From the NCBI GenBank assembly GCA_963848425.1, contig CAWKDO010000005.1, forward strand, positions 82,403 through 146,402: 64,000 nt of DNA, read 5' to 3'. Every line of letters begins with the position of its first letter. Within the stretch, counting starts at the first letter, position 1. Position numbers and translations under genes: made by a program. The stretch is from an uncultured delta proteobacterium (GTDB taxonomy: Bacteria; Desulfobacterota; Desulfuromonadia; Desulfuromonadales; JACZKF01). Under the pieces are notes generated by a model, which saw nothing but the letters and a program-made list of their open reading frames with translations, did no database searches and was not told the origin of the DNA. Shown here in pieces: positions 19,829-29,408 of this stretch.

Positions 19829-20122
19829 CTAGCAGCAATCGCTGCCGCCGCAGTCGCAATTCGGCTCCTCACCGGTCAGCCAACCATGGATGATGGCGCT
19901 GGCACAACCAACCCCCGGCTTGACGCTGATCGCTTCGGTCGGGCAGTTGCGGGCACAGGCGCCGCACTCCATGCACCCGTTGCGATCGCCGATGACTGCC
20001 TTCCCCGCCTGGATGATGAAGACGGCGTGCGGACAGACACTTGCGCACAGGCCGCAGCCGATGCATTTACTCGCTGCAAGCGCGAGGGTCGTCACATCTC
20101 CCAAATAGCGAAAATCGCGCAT
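19829..20122 (-). CDS. hgcB: Mercury methylation ferredoxin HgcB
   Basis: CIGCGLCASVCPH and CMECGACARNCP, GVGCA, C-terminal CC; 8 nt after hgcA. Confidence 0.95.
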   Translation of the reverse strand: MRDFRYLGDVTTLALAASKCIGCGLCASVCPHAVFIIQAGKAVIGDRNGCMECGACARNCPTEAISVKPGVGCASAIIHGWLTGEEPNCDCGGSDCC

Positions 20123-20130
20123 CTTAGCCT

Positions 20131-21341
20131 CTAGACAAAAGTCGCGCCCAGCCACAGAACGGCGGCGACAAGCAGGGCCGCACCCTGCAGGGGGATGGCC
20201 CGACGCATCTCCTTCTCCACCCCGGAAGGAGAGGTGAAAGGGGTGGAGCCGGTGAAATTCATGGCACCATAGGAAGCGACAGCGGCAAGGAAGAGGAGGG
20301 TCGCCGCCGCCAGGAGGGGTGGCTGATGGAAGGTGAAGATGCCGACCAGGGCAATGAGTGCGCCGGCAAACGCCCCCTTGGCGGCGAAGGCGCGTCCTGG
20401 CAGCCAGGGGAGGAGAACCGGCGTAGCAACGCAGCCGGCAAGCAGCCCGGCGAGATAGATCAAAACCGTTGCCCCGCCGCGTTCAGCGACCGCCGTCAGA
20501 GAGAAGAAGCCCGGCCCGATGCCAGAGACCAGAAGGAGCGCCGGCACCACCCACAGGCTCATTTTACCCATGCCGGTCATTTCTACCGGCGTCAGCACCA
20601 GCCGCTCGCCAATGCTGAAAGTCACCTGACGCATCGCCGCGGTCGCCTGCATGCCGGCGGCCAGAAAGCGGTGCAGATCGGCTGCCCGCACCGGCCCATA
20701 GACGACCCGAAAGCCGCATTTCCGCCTGACCTCATGCGCCGCCACCCCTGGTGCGCCCAACTGCGGTAGGATCAGGGTGCGGTGTTCCACCACCTGCACC
20801 AGCTTCGTCGCCGCCACCCGGCCGACAAGCTCTGCGGTGCCGAAAGTCCCCTTGCCGGCTGCGCACCAGACGTTGATCCCCTTGGTGTCGAGAACCAGTA
20901 TCCAGGCATTCAGGCCGGCCAACTCCCGGCGCAGGGCATCGAAGCTCAGCTTGTAATTGGCGGTGACCAGCACCGGCGAACCGGCTTCCGGCTTCCCCAC
21001 GGCATATAGCCCCGGCGCCACCCGGTAGCGGCTGCGCCCGAACCCCCAACGCATCAACCAGCGCCCAACGACATCGCGCCAGCGCAGATCGGTTGCGACC
21101 TGCGGCACCGGTCCGGCGGCGGTATTCAGCGTCCCGCAGATAAAATTCCAGCGCCGGTAAACGCGGCTTTCCGCCAGCCCTTGCGGCGGGCAGCATCCGC
21201 TGGTTGCCGCGGCCTGCGACATGGAAGGGGTTGAACACTCTGGCACCGCACCCGGCGGCGCTTTCGGCGGTCAGCAGGGAGGCTGCCCCGTCGGCGGCGG
21301 GCAGCAGGTTTTTCAGCCTTGACTATCTTTGCAATTTTCAT
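20131..21341 (-). CDS. hgcA: Mercury methylation corrinoid protein HgcA; N-terminal extension probably with Cys-Sec (needs +1 base at 21309-21313 and UGA readthrough at 21271-21273; unambiguous part 20131-21246)
   Basis: Cap helix GINVWCAAGKG; PGLYAVG, VTANYKLSFD, LPQLGA, GPVRA; C-terminal TM helices, NFTGSTPFTS.SGV.KEM. Confidence 0.95.
21243..21261 (-). promoter_or_regulatory. Candidate bacterial SECIS hairpin
   Basis: GCGCCGC-CGGGU-GCGGUGC starting 9 nt after in-frame UGA; G-containing loop 16 nt from UGA. Confidence 0.6.
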
Positions 21342-21381
21342 CTTTCCCGGCTTTGCTTCTGGTTATGCAGTCGAAGTGATT

Positions 21382-22457
<1,076 letters not shown>

Positions 22458-22503
22458 GGCAGTTCCTCAGTTGAATGAGTTGTCCACGCAAAGTGGAAGA
22501 GGT

Positions 22504-22533
22504 AATTTAGCGGTTTGACCATGCAAAGTCAAA
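22504..22533 (-). promoter_or_regulatory. sigma70 promoter of aroG with overlapping inverted repeat
   Basis: TTGACT-N17-TAAATT; TTTGAC-N8-GTCAAA at 22514-22533. Confidence 0.55.
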
Positions 22534-22579
22534 GCCTCGCGTATAAGGATGATTTTTATCTAAACACCTTGATTTCGCC

Positions 22580-22639
22580 AAACGGATAAGGCCGGGTCGC
22601 ATGAGCACCGGCCTTACGAAGGAGCAATCAGTTGTCAGT
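22580..22639 (-). ncRNA. Candidate ~60 nt small RNA
   Basis: Own promoter TTGAAA-N17-TAGGAT (22675-22647); UUGCUCCUU anti-SD tract; hairpin TAAGGCCGG/CCGGCCTTA at 22587-22616. Confidence 0.45.
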
Positions 22640-22845
22640 GGGGCGAATCCTAACAAAAGGGTGGGGAGCTTTCAACTTTTTTATAAGGTAGCAATAGCAT
22701 GTTAACTCCTTAGAGATGAGCGTGAACTCGTTTGGGGCATGATTATGATTAAAAATTTGGCTCTCTTGAATAATTTAGTCATTTGAACTTTTATTAGGAC
22801 TTTTTTATGGTTTAATTAAGATCACTTTTCGCAGGGGGAAAGCGT

Positions 22846-22874
22846 TTGACACCTTTGCAAGGATTCGGTATAAG
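22846..22874 (+). promoter_or_regulatory. sigma70 promoter of yggT-divIVA-DUF167
   Basis: TTGACA-N17-TATAAG. Confidence 0.7.
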
Positions 22875-22935
22875 AAAGCCGTCCGTTATTTATGACATTT
22901 AATACGTTTAAATAACTAGTTAATAGGAGCATCGA

Positions 22936-23232
22936 ATGGGTTTTGGTGGCGAGATGGTTATGGTGTTCGCCCAGATGATCAACATGATAATTACTGTCTA
23001 CATCTATATTATTGTGGCGCGGGCGATTATCTCCTGGGTAAATCCTGATCCCTACAATCCGATCGTACGCTTTCTGCACAATGCCACTGATCCTGTTCTG
23101 TACCGCATCCGCCGCCTTATTCCCCTGCAGTTGGGTGGTATCGATTTTTCCCCCATCATCCTGCTTTTTGGTGTCTACCTGCTGCAGCGGGTGGTTATTG
23201 TGCTTCTTACCCGGTTGGCGTACAGCCTATAA
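22936..23232 (+). CDS. yggT: YggT family membrane protein
   Basis: IISWVNPDPYNPIVRFL..TDPVL..IRR..GGIDFSPI. Confidence 0.92.
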   Translation: MGFGGEMVMVFAQMINMIITVYIYIIVARAIISWVNPDPYNPIVRFLHNATDPVLYRIRRLIPLQLGGIDFSPIILLFGVYLLQRVVIVLLTRLAYSL

Positions 23233-23248
23233 CGAAAAGAGGGCCGCA

Positions 23249-23773
23249 ATGATCACACCTATGGATATTCAGCAGCATCAGTTCAAAACCCGCCCCTTAG
23301 GTTATGAAAAGGGCAGCGTCGATCATTTTCTCGAATTGATCGCCGAAGAACTGGAACTTCAGCTCCGGCAGAATCAGGAGCTGAAGGAGAACCTGGTTCG
23401 CACGCGCGCTGCCCTGGAGGAGATGCGCGAGCGGGAGATGACGCTGAAAGATACGCTGATCACGACCCAGCGGGTGACCGATGAACTGAAGGCGAACGCC
23501 CGCAAGGAAGCCGAGCTGATCATCAGCGAAGCGCAATTGCGGGGAGAGAAAATTGTGCGGGACGCCGAAACGCGGCGCCTTCAGCTCGTCGGCGAGATTC
23601 AGGAGACGAAGCGGCAGAAGGTTGCCTTTGAGACCGGCTTGCGCAACCTGGTGGAAAGCCACCTGCGGCTGCTCAGCCTGGATGTCGTTCAGATGCGGCC
23701 GGAGGACAAGCGGATGATCGAACAGCCGGCGATCCGCAAGCCGGATCCTGGCGTCAAGCCGCGTGAAGGGTAA
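23249..23773 (+). CDS. divIVA: DivIVA domain protein
   Basis: ITPMDIQQHQF..PLGY....VD.FL then coiled coil with A.KEAELII.EA. Confidence 0.88.
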   Translation: MITPMDIQQHQFKTRPLGYEKGSVDHFLELIAEELELQLRQNQELKENLVRTRAALEEMREREMTLKDTLITTQRVTDELKANARKEAELIISEAQLRGEKIVRDAETRRLQLVGEIQETKRQKVAFETGLRNLVESHLRLLSLDVVQMRPEDKRMIEQPAIRKPDPGVKPREG

Positions 23774-24078
23774 TGGCTCCCTGTTTACGACAGACGCCCG
23801 AAGGGGTTTTGATCAGTTTGCACGTACAACCCCGTGCCTCCCGCAATGAAATTGTCGGCCTGCAAGGGGAAGAATTGAAGGTGCGCCTCACCTCGCCGCC
23901 GGTGGATGGGGCCGCCAATCGCTTGTGCACCGAGTTTTTCGCCCGCCTCCTCGGTGTGGCGCGCAGTGGGGTTACCCTGGTTGCAGGTGAAAAATCCCGT
24001 CACAAACGGGTCCTGGTCCGGGGACTCAGCCTGGAAGAAGTGCGCCGGGCTGTCACCGAGCGGATCCCGGACTCCTGA
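23773..24078 (+). CDS. DUF167 (YggU) family protein
   Basis: VQPRASR..LKVRLTSPPVDGAAN..GEKSRHK. Confidence 0.9.
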   Translation: MAPCLRQTPEGVLISLHVQPRASRNEIVGLQGEELKVRLTSPPVDGAANRLCTEFFARLLGVARSGVTLVAGEKSRHKRVLVRGLSLEEVRRAVTERIPDS

Positions 24079-24213
24079 CCAGCTTCGATTATCCCGCGGC
24101 CACGATTCTGCTGTCCCTCCCTCCCATCCGCAGCCAAAAAGAGCAGATTACCACCCGCATTCCTTCCCGAATTTTTCTATTCATTTTCCCATTTATTCCG
24201 CACCTAACATGGT

Positions 24214-24242
24214 TTGACAACGGTAAAATGTTGTTTTACAGT
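24214..24242 (+). promoter_or_regulatory. sigma70 promoter of first Hyf/Ehr operon with operator-like palindrome
   Basis: TTGACA-N17-TACAGT; GTAAAA-N5-TTTTAC at 24223-24239. Confidence 0.6.
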
Positions 24243-24318
24243 ATTGCCTGATAGCTTTCATTGAAATTGGCCCAAGGCTTCGTCTTGGGTCGGAACCTTG
24301 CCTCATGAGAGGTAGCGC

Positions 24319-26325
24319 ATGTCCATGCAATTCGCCCAATGGGCTGTTTTGACCGCGCTCGCTTCCTCTCTGCTGCCGCTCCCCTTCTTTCCCCACCGGC
24401 GCATCTTCAAGGGACTTGCCTTTGCCCTGCTCGGCATCTCCGGCTTGGCCGCGCTGGTCGCGGGGGGGCTGGCTCTGGGCGGCGCCGGCCGTTCCGAACG
24501 GGTGCTTCCTGTCGGTCTTCCCTGGCTGCATTGCCATCTGCAACTCGATCCCCTTGCCGGCTTTTTCCTGATGATCATCGGTCTGGTGACCGCCTTGGCG
24601 GCCGTATACGGACCGGCCTACGTACGTGAATACGAGGGGGGTGCCCAGCCCCTTGCGCCCCTAACCCTGTTTACCGGGACCTTCGTCACCGGCATGTACC
24701 TGCTGGTGCTGGCCGCCGACGCCTTCTCCTTCATGGTCGCCTGGGAACTAATGTCGGTTTCCAGCTACTTTCTGGTCGCTTTCCAGCACCAGCACGCCGA
24801 AAACCGCAGCGCCGCTTTTATTTATCTGCTGATGGCGCAGGTCGGCGGTCTCTGCATCCTGCTTGCCTTCGGCGTGCTGGCCGGCTTCGGCGAGGGATTC
24901 AGTTTCGTCGCCATGGCCGCCGCGCCGCTCAGCAGCGGCTGGGCGACGATTGCCTTTCTCCTCGCCTTCATCGGCTTCGGTATGAAGGCCGGGGTGGTGC
25001 CGCTGCACGTCTGGCTGCCGCAGGCGCATCCGGTGGCCCCATCGCACATCTCGGCGCTGATGTCCGGGGTGATGCTGAAGGTGGCGGTCTACGGCTTCAT
25101 CCGCTTCACTTATGACCTGCTCGGTGATATCCAATGGCAGTGGGGGGTGCTGACGCTGGTCATCGGCAGCGTCTCGGCGCTGCTCGGTGTTCTCTACGCC
25201 TTGATGCAGCACGACCTCAAACGGCTTCTCGCCTATCACAGCGTCGAGAACATTGGCATCATCTACATGGGAATAGGATTGTCTCTGCTCTTTGCTGGCA
25301 GCGGACTGCCCGCTCTGGCCGCTCTCGGGCTGGTGGCCGCCCTCTACCACTGCCTGAATCACGCCCTGTTCAAGAGCCTGCTCTTTTTCGGCGCCGGCGC
25401 GGTGCTGCAGCAGAGCCACGAGCACGATCTGGAGCATATGGGCGGGCTGTTGCGGCGCATGCCGGTGACCGCCGTCTGCTTTCTGATCGGCTGCATCAGC
25501 ATCTCAGCCCTCCCCCCCTTCAACGGTTTCGTCTCCGAGTGGCTGACCTTCCAGGCAGCGTTGCAAGGGCCGGCGCTGGCCAGCGGCGTGCTCGGCTCGC
25601 TGATTCCGGTGGCCGCGGCGGTGCTGGCATTGACTGGGGCGCTGGCGGCCGCCTGCTTCGTCAAGGTCTTCGGCGTGGCGTTCCTCGGTCAGGCACGCCG
25701 CCGGCAGGTTCGCCAAGCGCGGGAAGCGGCGTCCGGGATCCTTTTCGCCCAAGGAGTGCTGGCGCTCCTCTGCCTGTTGTTCGGTATCCTGCCGACCTGG
25801 ACGGTGGGGGCGCTCGATGCCATTCCGCTGCAATTGCTTGGCCGCGGTCTGCCGGAAACGACCGCCCATGGCTGGCTCTGGCTGACTCCGGTGGCGCCGC
25901 AGAGCGCTTCCTATGGCGCTCCGTTGGTGCTGCTGGGCATCGGCTTGGCTTGGCTGCTGGCCTGGCTCTGGCTGCACCCCCGCCGCCGCCGGACCCCGGT
26001 GCGGATCGGTCCCCCCTGGGATTGCGGCTTCGGTCCGCTGAATCCGCGCATGCAGTATACGGCAACCGCTTTCAGCCAGCCGATCCGCCGCATCTTTCAT
26101 CCGCTCTGGCCGATTACCGAACAGCTGGAACCGGGGGAGGGGAAAAATCCCCCCCGCTACCGACTGCAGGTCGGCGACTGGGCCTGGGAGAAGGTTTATC
26201 TGCCCCTCGGCCGCCTGCTGCTGGCCAGCGCGCAGCGGGTGACGCTGATCCAGGGAGGGAATATCCGCGCCTACCTCGCCTATTCGTTTTTCACCCTGCT
26301 CTTCCTGCTCTGGGTGATCGTATGA
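24319..26325 (+). CDS. hyfB: Antiporter-like subunit, HyfB type (complex 1)
   Basis: AWELMS, GFGMKAG..PLHVWLPQAHP.APSH, KRLLAYHSVENIG, PWDCG..RMQYT. Confidence 0.92.
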   Translation: MSMQFAQWAVLTALASSLLPLPFFPHRRIFKGLAFALLGISGLAALVAGGLALGGAGRSERVLPVGLPWLHCHLQLDPLAGFFLMIIGLVTALAAVYGPAYVREYEGGAQPLAPLTLFTGTFVTGMYLLVLAADAFSFMVAWELMSVSSYFLVAFQHQHAENRSAAFIYLLMAQVGGLCILLAFGVLAGFGEGFSFVAMAAAPLSSGWATIAFLLAFIGFGMKAGVVPLHVWLPQAHPVAPSHISALMSGVMLKVAVYGFIRFTYDLLGDIQWQWGVLTLVIGSVSALLGVLYALMQHDLKRLLAYHSVENIGIIYMGIGLSLLFAGSGLPALAALGLVAALYHCLNHALFKSLLFFGAGAVLQQSHEHDLEHMGGLLRRMPVTAVCFLIGCISISALPPFNGFVSEWLTFQAALQGPALASGVLGSLIPVAAAVLALTGALAAACFVKVFGVAFLGQARRRQVRQAREAASGILFAQGVLALLCLLFGILPTWTVGALDAIPLQLLGRGLPETTAHGWLWLTPVAPQSASYGAPLVLLGIGLAWLLAWLWLHPRRRRTPVRIGPPWDCGFGPLNPRMQYTATAFSQPIRRIFHPLWPITEQLEPGEGKNPPRYRLQVGDWAWEKVYLPLGRLLLASAQRVTLIQGGNIRAYLAYSFFTLLFLLWVIV

Positions 26326-27266
26326 AGGGCTGGCTGCTGGCGATCCTGCAAACTGCCCTGTTCGTGGCTGCCGCGCCGCTGCTGGCCGGTTGGATCAGAT
26401 GGGTCAAATGCCAGTTGCAGAACCGGCAGGGACCACCCCCTTGGCAGCCGTACCGTAATCTGGCCAAGCTGTTCCGCAAGGAGGTGGTAGTCGCGCAGCA
26501 GGCCTCGCCGATCTTCCGGGTGGCGCCCTACATCGTCTTCAGCGTCACCGCCCTGGCCGGTTCGGTGATCCCGCTGGTAGCGGTGGGGCTGCCGACTTCA
26601 GCCATTGCCGATGTTATCGTGCTGGTTGGTTTTTTCGCCCTCGGCCGCTTTTTTCTCGCCCTGGCCGGAATGGACGTGGGGACCGCCTTCGGCGGCATGG
26701 GTTCATCGCGGGAGATGACGGTCGCCTCAGTCGCCGAGCCGGCCATGCTGCTGGCTGTCTTCACCTTGGCGATGAGCGTCCAAAGCACCAATCTCTCGAC
26801 GATGATCGGGCAGCTGGCCGCCGCCCCCTTTCAGCTCCACCCCTCGTTCATTTTTGCCGCCATGGGGCTGATACTGGTGGCCGTGGCGGAAACCGGCCGC
26901 ATTCCGGTCGACAACCCGGCCACTCACCTGGAGCTGACGATGATTCACGAGGCCATGATCCTCGAGTACAGCGGCCGGCACCTGGCACTTATGGAATGGG
27001 CGGCGATGCTCAAGCTGCTGATTTACGGGGTACTGATCGCCAATCTCTTCATCCCCTGGGGGGTGGCGTTGAGCCTGGCCCCCGCCGCCCTTGCGATAGG
27101 CCTGCTGGCCATCGTCCTCAAGCTGCTGCTCTTCGGTGCTGTCCTGGCCGCCGGAGAGACCGCCCTGGCCAAGATGCGCCTGTTCCGGGTGCCGCAATTC
27201 CTCGCGCTCGCCTTTATCCTTTGCCTGCTGGGGATGCTCAGCCACGTCATCCTGGAGGTGCGTTGA
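26322..27266 (+). CDS. hyfC: NuoH-like membrane subunit, HyfC/HycD type (complex 1)
   Basis: RQGPPPWQPY..L.KLFRKE, FGGMGSSRE, ETGRIPVDNPATHLELTMIHEAM. Confidence 0.9.
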   Translation: MKGWLLAILQTALFVAAAPLLAGWIRWVKCQLQNRQGPPPWQPYRNLAKLFRKEVVVAQQASPIFRVAPYIVFSVTALAGSVIPLVAVGLPTSAIADVIVLVGFFALGRFFLALAGMDVGTAFGGMGSSREMTVASVAEPAMLLAVFTLAMSVQSTNLSTMIGQLAAAPFQLHPSFIFAAMGLILVAVAETGRIPVDNPATHLELTMIHEAMILEYSGRHLALMEWAAMLKLLIYGVLIANLFIPWGVALSLAPAALAIGLLAIVLKLLLFGAVLAAGETALAKMRLFRVPQFLALAFILCLLGMLSHVILEVR

Positions 27267-27268
27267 CC

Positions 27269-27946
27269 ATGGCCATGGCCCACCTGACGTTCACTGAGCA
27301 GTGGATTCTGACGTTGGCGGCGCTGATTCTCTTCACCTCCTTCCTGCTGCTGGCGCAGGCCCGCCTGGTTGCGTTAATCCATACCTTCGCCTGGCAGGGG
27401 GCGCTGCTGTGTCTGGCGACGGTGCTGATGGCCGTCACCTCCGGCCGCCATCACCTCTTCATCTCCGCCGTGCTGACGCTGGTGCTGAAGGTTTTCTTCA
27501 TCCCCTGGCAGCTGCGCCGGTTGGTGGTGCGCCTCGATATCCGCCGCGAGGTGGAAACGGTGGGGGGCGCATCGCTGGTGATGATCGGCGCCGGCGCCCT
27601 GACCCTCTTCAGCTATTACGTGGCGCTGCCGATCCGTGAGCTGTCGCTTCTCGCCACCCGCAATACCATTGCCATCTCCCTGGCGGTGATCCTGATCGGC
27701 ATGCTGATGATCATCACCCGGCGCAAGGCTGTGGCCCAGGTGATCGGCTTCATGTCGATGGAGAACGGCTTGTTCTTCGCTGCCGTCGTCTCTACCTATG
27801 GCATGCCGATGGTAGTGGAGCTGGGGGTGGCTTTCGACGTGCTGGTGGCGGCGATCCTCTTCGGCATCTTCTTTTTCCATATCCGCGCCGGGATCGGCTG
27901 CCTCGATGTCGACCGGCTCAACCGCCTGACCGAGGTGGACAAGTGA
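27269..27946 (+). CDS. hyfE: HyfE-type membrane subunit (complex 1)
   Basis: RRKAVAQVIGFMSMENG, MPMVVELG..FDVLV. Confidence 0.9.
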   Translation: MAMAHLTFTEQWILTLAALILFTSFLLLAQARLVALIHTFAWQGALLCLATVLMAVTSGRHHLFISAVLTLVLKVFFIPWQLRRLVVRLDIRREVETVGGASLVMIGAGALTLFSYYVALPIRELSLLATRNTIAISLAVILIGMLMIITRRKAVAQVIGFMSMENGLFFAAVVSTYGMPMVVELGVAFDVLVAAILFGIFFFHIRAGIGCLDVDRLNRLTEVDK

Positions 27947-29408
27947 CGGCGCTCTACCTCACCCTGCTCATCCCCCTCGCCGGTACCCTGCTGCTGGCGG
28001 TGATCGGCCACTGGCGGCGGGCCGGCAGCGTCAACCTGCTTTTTACCGTCGCCACCTTCGCCTGCTCGCTGCAACTGGCACTCGATGTGTTTAATCAGGG
28101 ACCGCTCCTTTCCCCGGGGAAGTTCTTCTACGTCGATGCCTTCAACGTCTACCTGGTTCTGCTCAATACCTTTGTCGGGATGACGACGGCGATTTTCTCC
28201 GGCCCTTATATGGCGCACGAAGTCGCCATCGGCCGGGTCGACGACGGCCGTATGCGCCTCTACCATGCGATGTTCCAGGGTTTCCTCCTGACCATGCTGG
28301 TGGCCCTCACGACCAACAACCTGGGGGTGCTGTGGGTGGCGGTGGAAGGGGTGACGCTGGCGACGGTACTGCTGGTCAGCCTCTACCGCACCCCGGAGTC
28401 GATCGAGGCGGGGTGGAAGTATTTCATCCTCTGCGGCGTCGGCATCGCCCAGGCCCTGTTCGGGACGGTGCTGATCTATTTCGCTGCCGAGCGGATCCTC
28501 CCCGGCAGTGACGAATCGCTCCTCTGGAGTGTCCTGTACAGCCGCGCCGCCGAACTGGAGCCGGCGGTGCTGAGCCTCGCCTTCGTCTTCCTGCTGGTCG
28601 GTTACGGTACCAAGGTCGGGCTGGTGCCGCTGCACAACTGGCTGCCGGACGCCCATTCCGAAGGGCCGACGCCGATGTCGGCCATCCTCTCCGGCCTGCT
28701 GCTGAACGTCGCCCTCTACTCGCTGGTGCGTTTCAAGATGCTCATCGACCCGGCGTTGCCCGGCGGTCTTCCCGGCAAGATGATGATGGGCTTCGGGCTG
28801 CTCTCCTTTACTGTCGCCGCGCTGTTGTTGCATCGGCAGCGCGACATCAAGCGGCTTTTCAGCTACTCTTCCATCGAGCACATGGGACTGATGACCTTCG
28901 CCTTCGGCCTTGGCGGGCCTCTGGCCACCTTTGGCGCCCTGCTGCACATGATCGTCCACTCGCTGACCAAGTCGGCGATGTTCGTCACCGTCGGCCACGT
29001 CGCCCACGTTGCCGGCACCCAGTCGATCGACCGGATCCGCGGCCTGATCCATACCCAGCCGATGATCGGCTGGTCGTTCCTGATCGGCACCGTGGCGATC
29101 GCCGGCTTCCCCCCCTTCGGCATATTTGCCAGCGAGTTCCTGCTCTTCACCGCCACCATGAAGAGCTGGCCGTGGCTGGTGATCCCGCTCCTGTTCGGCT
29201 TGTGCGTGGCCTTTGCCGGGCTTTTCCGCCACCTGCAGATGATGGTCTACGGTGAGCCGCCCCGGGACAGGTGCCGGTGCGTGCCAACCTGTGGCCGGTG
29301 ATATTCCACCTGGTGCTGGTCCTCTGGCTCGGCGTGGCGATTCCCGACGTGCTGGTAGGATGGCTCGATCAGGCGACGATCATGGTCGTCGGCGAGGGGG
29401 TGCTATGA
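27943..29408 (+). CDS. hyfF: Antiporter-like subunit, HyfF type (complex 1); frameshift near 29265
   Basis: SIEAGWKY, GYGTKVGLVPLHNWLPDAHSEGP, KRLFSYSSIEHMG. Confidence 0.9.

Noticed and set aside
20131-21246. CO dehydrogenase/acetyl-CoA synthase corrinoid subunit
   Set aside because: Cys-containing cap helix, TM domain and adjacent hgcB identify HgcA
21313-21315. Second in-frame TGA upstream of hgcA as another selenocysteine
   Set aside because: No start codon in that frame before the upstream TAA; it disappears if the adjacent homopolymer is one base longer
24078-24318. Fluoride riboswitch before hyfB
   Set aside because: The GGCGATGG..AACCGC..GCTGATGAC pattern was not found
25134-26321. 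Long N-terminal extension of the 710-aa ORF
   Set aside because: Off-frame overlap with hyfB; the real hyfC starts at 26322
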